Below are positions 56,331-64,000 of a DNA stretch of 64,000 bases, in pieces. Positions within the stretch are counted from its first letter, which is position 1. The number at the start of each line of letters is the position of its first letter. Location of the stretch: contig OX337231.1 of the NCBI GenBank assembly GCA_946965045.2, forward strand, positions 2,976,001 to 3,040,000, in the 5' to 3' direction. This DNA is from Epithemia pelagica (lineage: Eukaryota > Protista > Bacillariophyta). The notes under the pieces are model-generated. The model did no database searches, was not told where the DNA came from, and saw only the letters and a program-made list of their open reading frames with translations. A program made the translations under genes and the position numbers.

Positions 56331-58449
56331 ATGCCGCGCATGATGATTCACCAACAGTTGCACGACATTGCAACGCCTCATGATCACGATGTCTTGTCTG
56401 GGCGGGGGAACTTTGTGAATTACCATGCCGGAAATGAGCATTTTCGATCGCTTGTACGAAAGCACAAGGTAGCCTACGTGGCTTGTCCCAAGCAACAAAA
56501 GGGCAAATTTTCCCGACTCATTGTGGAGGAAATTCGAGCACGCAATCCACCGGGTCGATTTCTCAAACAAGATCCGGTTACGAAGCTGTGGCATGACATT
56601 GGGGAGAAAAAGGCTCTAGATAAAACAAGACAAGCATTGAGAGAAGGAGCACCCGACATTATGAAAGAAATGTCGGGCGACGACGCTGACGGGTCGCCCG
56701 AAGGTGGTGGATCGGATGAAGAGACTCGAAAATCTCCAATTCCTTCGGTGCGTATTTCAACAGGAGACTCATCTCTTTGCATCCTTTTGTTTGTATTGCA
56801 TATGTCTCATGCCATGATAAAACTGCATTTCTATCATATTTATTTTGCAGGCTCCAGGAGTGGAAGGTCCTGCGAAATCTCCCACAAGCTCAGTAATGCC
56901 AACCAGTAGCACGCATTCAAGAACTGCTGGAAAGAAACCCAACTTGGCTTCGACAGGCGTTCCCTTTCCTTCCAACGATCTCGATGATAGCTTTGCAGGA
57001 GAAGAATTGGGACCGCCGGCGGCAGTTCATTCTTCGTCCCAATATGGCAACGCGGCGGCACAACCATCGTCGCCGATGCAACAGCAGCAAGCGCGGTTAC
57101 TTTCACCGTCGAATAACATGGGAAATGATCTCATGGGTCAACATAGTCAGCGTGGTTCCATGAATCAAAATCAACAAGGAAATGGCCTCGGTCAACATAG
57201 CCATCATGGCGGCGGCGGCGGTGGTGGTGATGGAATGGGGCGACAGAGTCAACATGGTGGGTTGGGACAAAATAGTCAACATGGGGGTTTGGGACAACAC
57301 AGTCAGCACGGCGGTTTGGGACAACACAGTCAACATGGGGGTTTGGGACAACACAGTCAACATGGTGGCTTGGGACAGCACAGTCAGCACGGTGGTTTGG
57401 GACAGCATAGTCAGCATGGTGGCCTCGGTCATAGCCAACACGGCGGTATGGGACCACAAGGTCACCACAGTAACCATGGGCAACACAACCAGCTAAATAA
57501 CTCACATGGACCACAACAATCACAGCTCAGTCCTTCACAGGGTGGAAATCCTGGAGGTTTCCCAATGCATCCTGGAATGAACATGTCGGACATGCGGCAA
57601 ACTATGCAGCAGCAACAACAACAGCATTCAAGAATGGGCGGAGGAGGCAATGGATTTTCGGTCTTCAACAATGGAGGAGCCATGTTTCAGACGAATCCAG
57701 AAGTTTCATTGCAAAATAAGATTGCCAGTCTCACTCAAATGCAGCATGCCATGTATGCGCAACAGCAGCAGTATCAGCAGCAAAAACCAATTATTGACGA
57801 CGAAGATGGTGATGAATTTGAATTCGAACCCAGACCCCTGGCTCCAACGGTCGACTCCATGTCCATGCCCCAAGTGTCGGGTGGTCTAACCAACGAATCG
57901 GTTGGAATGATGCCACAGCTTCGCAAGGCTCCTGCCCGAATTCCTCGTCGCGGAGACATGGAACGAGAGGGTAGTGAAAAGTCACTCAAGATGGATTCCG
58001 TCTTTGCAAATGAAATTGCAGCCGAATTAAAATCTGGACAGCCAACAAGTCTGCAGGGAAGTACCGCATCCGTAATGTCAATTTCTATTGGGGAATTGGG
58101 CACAGACATTATTGGTGATTCCAAGGAGGAGGAAGACCCCATGCCACCACCCAAGTCTCTCAATGCCCAAGAGCTTTTCGAAGGCGAAGAAAACCAAGAT
58201 GAGTTGGTTCAACTGTTTGATAACAGTATGAGAATTAATCAACATCACCAAAAGACTTCGAGTCCCTCCAAGGCATCCGTAGTGGGCGATGGATCCGATA
58301 TTGGACGCGTCTTTGACATGAGCGTGGCGACCCTCGGTGACTCGGGAGTCATGTATACTGGCGACGCAAGTCTTGGAATGAGCCTAGCTGAATCGTTCAG
58401 CAACGTCTTTGACGAAGTTGACAAGGATTTGTACGTTGGAAGCAACTAA
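56331..58449 (+). CDS. DUF6824-like domain protein with a long low-complexity C-terminus, 2 exons
   Basis: HDVLSGRG...HAGNEHFR...PPGRFLK...W......KALDKTRQALRE. GT-AG intron 56748..56850 joins the two ORFs in frame. Confidence 0.85.
57248..57457 (+). repeat. Coding tandem repeat, 27-nt unit encoding SQHGGLGQH (6 full + 2 variant units)
   Basis: Read directly; the units differ mostly at synonymous positions. Confidence 0.95.
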
Positions 58450-58997
58450 AGTGCAGCGTCCCGGCACAAAGGGCAAACACGATGAACCTTTTTTGGATGG
58501 GCATTGCCAAGAGATCCATTCCAAATAATTTGCCACATTGAAGCAGCGCGCTCTTTCATACCTTGACGCACAGTCTCTTTGATAAAACAAGTGCTCCATG
58601 AAACCGGGCATCTCAAGTGGGATTTCATACGACAAGTCATATTTGATTTTTCACCATTCATCGAAGCAACCTCAAAGACCAGTCCCTACATGCGATGTCG
58701 TCATGCCCAAGCAAATAGACCCGAGAACTGTAAGATATATGATAGCCAAAGTGCGATGTAAGTTAGAGAATTAGTTTATGAAGCTTTGCTCTATGGGACC
58801 ATGCATGCGTATACTTTCTTGCTGGTGTAGTCCAGTTAGTGATCATCGTTCTGATGGTGTTGCTCTTCTCCTAACGATATCACACAGAGTCTACTAGGCA
58901 AGACCATTTATCATTAGGAATGAGGTCGTAAGTCCTAAATCGTATGAGAAATACGACCTTTCGAGTCGGAGCGAACACGCTCACTGTGTGAATCCGA

Positions 58998-59157
58998 TTC
59001 ATACGGGAAGTCATATTTGATTTTTCACCATTCATCAAAGCAACCTCAAAGACCAGTCCCCGCATGCGATGTCGTCATGCCCAAGCAGATAGACCTCGAG
59101 AACTGTTAGAAATAATGAAAGCCAAAGTGCGATGTAAGTTAGAATCATAGTTTATGA
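58998..59157 (+). repeat. Extra ~160-bp copy of 58624..58781
   Basis: TTCATACG...GTCATATTTGATTTTTCACCATTCATC...GCCAAAGTGCGATGTAAGTTAGA recurs; a third copy lies at ~63289-63440. Confidence 0.85.
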
Positions 59158-59748
59158 GCAAGTGGGAATCTGTTACTCAACATTTGGAGCAAAAAACATA
59201 TGGAGCATAAAAAAAAACATTTAGCGCTTTTATTTCCAAAAACCCAGCGGTTTTCCTAGAGCTTCAAAAATCCAGCGGGAACATAAAACCTAGCGTTATT
59301 ACCAAGTACTGTCAATACACAGTCCCCAACTCCCCCAAAATCACATAACAGCGACCATTCAGTCCCGTGAAACCATGCTTGTATTTGCCGGAATTTTGTT
59401 TCTAAATGTGGAAACATTGCACGACAAATAGAAACAAAAAATCGACATTTGGTTTTTTGTCTCCATTCGTCCCCAACAAATGCATACATTGCTTCTATTT
59501 GTCGAAAGTAGGACGAATAGATACAACAAGGCTGACGTCATATATATTATTGCCCCATATTTCATTTAAGCCTCTTCGTTTCGATGACCCGAATGACATT
59601 ACAACACCACAGACATGCGACCCATGGTGCGATTCACTAAGATGTGACTCATACTTTTGCTTCCACTTGTAGGCTTCCTGTTCAAAATCATGGCTGAACG
59701 CTGGGAACAAAATTATAAAATATGAGGCTTCTTTGAATCCGTGACTTA

Positions 59749-60125
59749 GGCCAATCCTTTAGCTCAACAAAACCAATCCGTGCGGGGCCGGGCCGGATTT
59801 GGTTTTGGAAATTGTGCCTAACGCCGTCCTTACGCATTCGCAAAACAAATCCAAAAGACCGCGCCTTTTCGAATCCTGTCCATCATGTGTCACGCCCGCC
59901 CACCACATCGAACGCCCGCCTGACATATTCGAAACTGTAGGCAGCCTCTACACTAGCATTAGTAAAACAATATCCCTAATGGATTTGTTCGAACAAATCC
60001 AGAGTTCTGGATTGGTTGGAACAAATCCGGAAATGCTCTTTTACCCGGATATATGACGTCAACGTGACGCAAAATGCTGACGTGCACGAAATTTTGATTT
60101 GGTTTTGCGAGCTAAAGGATTGGCC
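59749..60125. mobile_element. PIF/Harbinger-type (Tourist-like) MITE, 377 bp
   Basis: Perfect 17-bp TIR GGCCAATCCTTTAGCTC at both ends, extending imperfectly to ~30 bp. TTA duplicated at 59746-59748 and 60126-60128. No ORF. Confidence 0.85.
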
Positions 60126-60278
60126 TTAACTCGACAAATCAAATGGATGCACAAACATGCAATCATTTGTTCTGACAAATGAATGCATTGCACGCAAATG
60201 CCTTTTGCACTCAAATGACGTGTAACAAATGCACATTTTGTGAATATCATCGCAAAAAAGTAAACGCACACTTGATTT

Positions 60279-61009
60279 TCATCTACTGTTGGTCCATTTC
60301 GGATACAGCTTCGCCCGTAGTTGCTCGAGTGGTGGTTTTTCTTTTTCCATGAACCTGTAGGCCGTTACAGGCAGTGGGCCTCCGTTCGCATTGTTGTTGG
60401 CTGTGCGACAAAAGTGGTCGGTGAGATTCAGTAGGCTGGATTTACCGACACCAGCTGGTCCCTTCACCAAAACAAGTGCGTGGCGCTGGATCAGATCCAA
60501 AACCTTCGCAACAAGATGATCTCTCTGAAAGTCTTCTTGTCTTTTGGATCAATTCCTTTGGTGTATCGCAGTGTCCGTTGCCTCCTTGATTTATTTGGGA
60601 TAATCGGACCCAGTGTGTACGTGCCGCCATCCACGAGGGATGCCTTGAATCCATCTTCTAACCCATAACAACTAATCCACTCCTTGAGTAGAGTCTCCAC
60701 AACAGCATCGTTTGACCCAAAGCGGAGCAGGAACTCTTCCATCGTCCACTCTCGGGCACCTCTCCATGTCAGGTTGCCGTATTCTGACCGGAATTTGGCT
60801 TCCACCAGCAAACGAAACTTGCCATTCTCACCGACAAGCGTCGACAAGTCTGTTTCATCATGTACTACTAGCGTATCAGTCATTTCTCGGTTGAAGATGA
60901 ACCTTCGTCGTCCTTGACTGCTGAGGATATGTGGGTCCGCAGTGATTTGTTGATCAAAATACGGGAAATCTCCAGTTTTGCGGAAGACGCGCCGCCGTGG
61001 GGAAGACAT
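60279..61009 (-). pseudogene. Crinkler-like gene fragment: N-terminal header + P-loop NTPase, frameshifted and truncated
   Basis: ORF from ATG 61009 shifts frame near 60525 into RDHLVAKVLDLIQRHALVLVKGPAGVGKSSLL (Walker A); stop at 60279. Confidence 0.55.
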
Positions 61010-61067
61010 TTTCTCCGACTCAGGCGGGACGACGCACTCGACCTGTCTACAAACGGACAACAACACC

Positions 61068-62975
61068 ATGTCTACCAATAACAACGACATCAACGACAAC
61101 ATCAACTCTGATGGAATGAACTTGGAGCAATTGCTAGCGGAGAATCAACGCCTACGCGCAGAGAAGCAACGCCTAGCGGAGCTCAAACTGGAGAAGCAAC
61201 GCCTAGTCGCGAAGACGCAACGCCTAATTTATGAAGGAAGTATCGATCAGATGATCAATGAATTCGATGGAATCCCTGACATGCCTCTGGTCAAAGGTCT
61301 CTTCCCGCACGAAGACCGTAGTCGTCAAGCGAAAAGTTCCGTCGACCCAAACTTTGTTACATCGCAGGATCTTAATTTTGGCATCAAGTTGACGGACAAA
61401 AATGGCTTCCAACTCAGGTCTTTTGTGCCCAATCATCAACTCACTGTGAAAGATGGTGTAAAAATCCTCTCCTACCACAACGAGGTGACAGTCTGTGACT
61501 ACGTACAAGATGTTGTGAAAATGAGCCTGCGATCGCTGGGATACTTCGACTCTTGCTTTGTGTTCAAGGAGATGAGCCTTTTCTCCTTGCGACATGATTT
61601 GATTGTGGTGCTGCACCCGGAAAAGGGCATCATTTTGATTATTCAAGTCAAGATGCCAGGTGACAACTTGTTCCAATCCACACACATTGCAGGGCAAGTT
61701 GCTGATTACCTGATGGCACAGTATCGGCTAGGAAACCCCCAGCCGCTTGTTCTCTTGTCATCCTATCGGGAGGCTTGCTTATGTCGCTTGAAGCCAGAGA
61801 GTTTAAATGGAACAGAGGACTGGCAGGTAGGTGACGGGGGTGAAAATATGTCACGCGGTCTGGAAGAGGGGACGAGGTCGAAGTACCGAGAAATTGTTCA
61901 ACAGGGTGTAGATCTCATCAGGTCTGGCACGGACCCAGGTGTTGCCATAGGAGACGACGTGCAACAACAGAAAAATGACAACAAACTCGAGACGTCCCCA
62001 GAGAAACGCACCCGTGAAAACTCCATTGATATCCCGAGCCCTTTGAAGAAGACAAGGCGGACACGCAACAGTGGGAAAAGCGAGAAGAACAGTCCGAAAC
62101 GCAAGAAATCACCCACGATCGAAGTCGTTCGCCCGGAAGTTGTTTACTCCAGACCATTCACTCTCAAAAATATGATGCAGGGTGTAACATTGTCTATCGC
62201 CTGCAGTCTTGTCTCTCTCAAGCAGAAGGCAGCGAGCCCCGCGGAAGAAATTTGGCCCAAACAACAATCCGCGCTCGATGGGCTACACCCTTACGTGGAT
62301 GAGAACACGTTGAAATGGGCGAAGGTGAAAGATATGTGTATTGATTACATGAACCATCCTTTTCCTAGCACTACTCCTCCAAAATATTGCCTTGTACGAG
62401 AGATTGGTCAGGGTTACAACGCCCGAGTTTATCTTGGTGTAGATGAGTACGGACAAGCTTGTGTTCTCAAGTTTTATCTGGGTACCGTTGATGCGGAGAC
62501 GACGGCTTTGAGCCCCGAGGAGCGTAAAAAGAAGCGTACCCAATATCTTGAGGAAACCAGGAAAGAGGTTGAAGATGAAGTGCAGCGTTGGAAGGACCTG
62601 CAAGGGGACTACAAAGATTATGTTGAACATGTGTTGCTCAATGCACAAAACGTGTTGAAAATGCCAGTTTTTGCTCCAGTGCCTCTGGATAATCGCTCAA
62701 GCGTTCTTGGCACTGTCGAGAAGAAGCTGCTCGAGTTTTTTAGGAAAGGATATGTCTACAATGAGGTGCATTGGCAGCATATCGGATGTCGCCGAACCGA
62801 CAAGAGCAACGAGTTGGAAATTGCTTTGCTGGACTTGGAGTCGCTCCACAAAGTATCCAGTGAAACCTCAGAAAATGTCCAGCGGCAGATTAAATCCCTA
62901 AAGGCACGTATGGGAAGTGCGCCTGCCAGTGGCCGTTCTAGTGTGCTTTGGGGGGCGCCTTTGCATGGCATGTAG
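61068..62975 (+). CDS. Crinkler/RHS-like protein: coiled coil + restriction-endonuclease-like domain + kinase-like C-terminus
   Basis: Heptad repeat LxxEKQRL; E...RHDLIVV...IIQVK and GQVADY motifs; C-terminal IGQGYNARVYLG, CVLKF, E...W, YNEVHWQHIG, IALLDL. Confidence 0.65.
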   Translation: MSTNNNDINDNINSDGMNLEQLLAENQRLRAEKQRLAELKLEKQRLVAKTQRLIYEGSIDQMINEFDGIPDMPLVKGLFPHEDRSRQAKSSVDPNFVTSQDLNFGIKLTDKNGFQLRSFVPNHQLTVKDGVKILSYHNEVTVCDYVQDVVKMSLRSLGYFDSCFVFKEMSLFSLRHDLIVVLHPEKGIILIIQVKMPGDNLFQSTHIAGQVADYLMAQYRLGNPQPLVLLSSYREACLCRLKPESLNGTEDWQVGDGGENMSRGLEEGTRSKYREIVQQGVDLIRSGTDPGVAIGDDVQQQKNDNKLETSPEKRTRENSIDIPSPLKKTRRTRNSGKSEKNSPKRKKSPTIEVVRPEVVYSRPFTLKNMMQGVTLSIACSLVSLKQKAASPAEEIWPKQQSALDGLHPYVDENTLKWAKVKDMCIDYMNHPFPSTTPPKYCLVREIGQGYNARVYLGVDEYGQACVLKFYLGTVDAETTALSPEERKKKRTQYLEETRKEVEDEVQRWKDLQGDYKDYVEHVLLNAQNVLKMPVFAPVPLDNRSSVLGTVEKKLLEFFRKGYVYNEVHWQHIGCRRTDKSNELEIALLDLESLHKVSSETSENVQRQIKSLKARMGSAPASGRSSVLWGAPLHGM

Positions 62976-63026
62976 ATGTGCCAAAAACAGCTACGGCTGT
63001 GATCAATGGTGAAACCGACCGAGGCT

Positions 63027-63656
63027 GAGGAGGCAATGGATTTTCGGTCTTCAACAATGGAGGATCCATGTTTCTGACGAATCCAGAAGTTTCATTGCAA
63101 AATAACATTGCCAGTCTGACTCAAATGCAGCATGCCATGTATGCACAACAGCAGTAGTATCAGCAACAAAAACCAATTATTGACGACGACGATGGTATGA
63201 ATTTGAATTCAAACCCAGACCAGCTGAATCGTTCAAGTCTCTTTGATAAAAAACAAGTGCACTATGAAACCGTGCATCTTAAGTGGGATTTCATACGACA
63301 AGTCATATTTGACTCTCACCATTCATCAAAGCAATCTCAAAGACCAGTCCCTGCATGCTATGTCGTCATGCCCCAGCAGATATACCCCGAGAACTGTAAG
63401 AAATATGATAGCCAAAGTGCGATGTACGTTAGAATTAGTTTAGGAAGCCTTGCCATGCATACGTATACTTTCTTGCTGGTGTAGTCCGGTTAGTGATCAT
63501 CGTTCTCCATCGTTGTGATGGTGTTGCTCTTCTCCTAACGATATCCCACAGAGTCTACTAAGACCATGTATCATTAGGAATGACGTCCTAAAGCGTAAAA
63601 GAGTGCGAAATACGACCTTCCGAGTCGGGGCGACCACGCTCACTGTGTGAATCCGA
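63027..63656 (+). repeat. Collinear, internally deleted copy of 57641..58997
   Basis: 63027-63221 matches 57641-57836; 63222-63235 matches 58386-58399; 63236-63656 matches 58572-58997. Confidence 0.9.
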
Positions 63657-64000
63657 GTTTGATCGTACAGAGTCCGGAGACACCACTGCGGAAGCACCAC
63701 CTTGTTGCTCCTTGGAGTTCGGTGAGGGTTGGACATGTTCTGTTGTTGCAGCAGTCTCATGACTTTCTTTTTGCTCGTCTTTGTTTTGTTCGTTGTCCTC
63801 CTGTTCCTCATTCTCCTCAAAACAATCATCATCATCATCTTCTTCTTCCATCTCTTCATCCCATTCTGGTTCTTCGGCGTTGTCATATTGCCCTTTATCC
63901 AGTTCCTCATGTTCGTCAAAGTCACTATCATCTTCTTCTTCTCTTTCAAGCGCCACATCCCACTCTGGTTCCTCCGAGTCGTCTGTCTCCCCTTTTTCAT
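63588..64000 (-). CDS. 3' end of an acidic low-complexity protein (runs off the window)
   Basis: Frame open from 63998 to the stop at 63588; D/E-rich with a repeated EEPEWD motif. Confidence 0.5.
   Translation of the reverse strand, partial: EKGETDDSEEPEWDVALEREEEDDSDFDEHEELDKGQYDNAEEPEWDEEMEEEDDDDDCFEENEEQEDNEQNKDEQKESHETAATTEHVQPSPNSKEQQGGASAVVSPDSVRSNSDSHSERGRPDSEGRISHSFTL

Noticed and set aside
57248-57457. CRISPR-like array
   Set aside because: No unique spacers; it is an in-frame coding repeat in a eukaryotic gene.
29211-60281. TGA reassignment or selenocysteine, given several in-frame TGAs (29211, 52716, RNase H remnant, 60279)
   Set aside because: TGA terminates many intact genes here, and the interrupted positions imply different residues (Gly, probably Trp, others), as expected from independent mutations.

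Overview
Eukaryotic nuclear DNA, most likely a diatom. This is inferred from the short GT-AG introns, bipartite plastid-type presequences, a DUF6824-like gene and a CoDi-type copia gag; species not determined. Bases ~0.8-47.7 kb are gene-dense and mostly housekeeping, often in head-to-head pairs: TPT-family transporter, histidine phosphatase, STI1-like protein, ER DnaJ, lipoyl synthase, uL22m, CNOT11, CCDC124, NIPA-like, RAD51 paralogue, P450, YqgF, MORN, C2-domain protein, RPN9, SNU114, SET, PRP3 and plastid IF3. From ~48 kb the window is accessory and decaying. It holds a frameshifted ABC transporter and a young, internally deleted Ty1/copia LTR element (50392-55180) with non-canonical TA...TA ends, a TTACA target-site duplication and a primer-binding site matching the anticodon arm of tRNA-Asn. 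Further right are a DUF6824 gene with His/Gln/Gly repeats, a Harbinger-type MITE and a divergent pair of Crinkler-like genes (NTPase pseudogene; restriction-endonuclease-like + kinase-like) inside a ~4 kb block flanked by a duplicated segment. A chymotrypsin-fold protein with Cys at the catalytic Ser position (26221-27663) is the other main oddity. All family assignments come from motif recognition by eye; no database searches were run.
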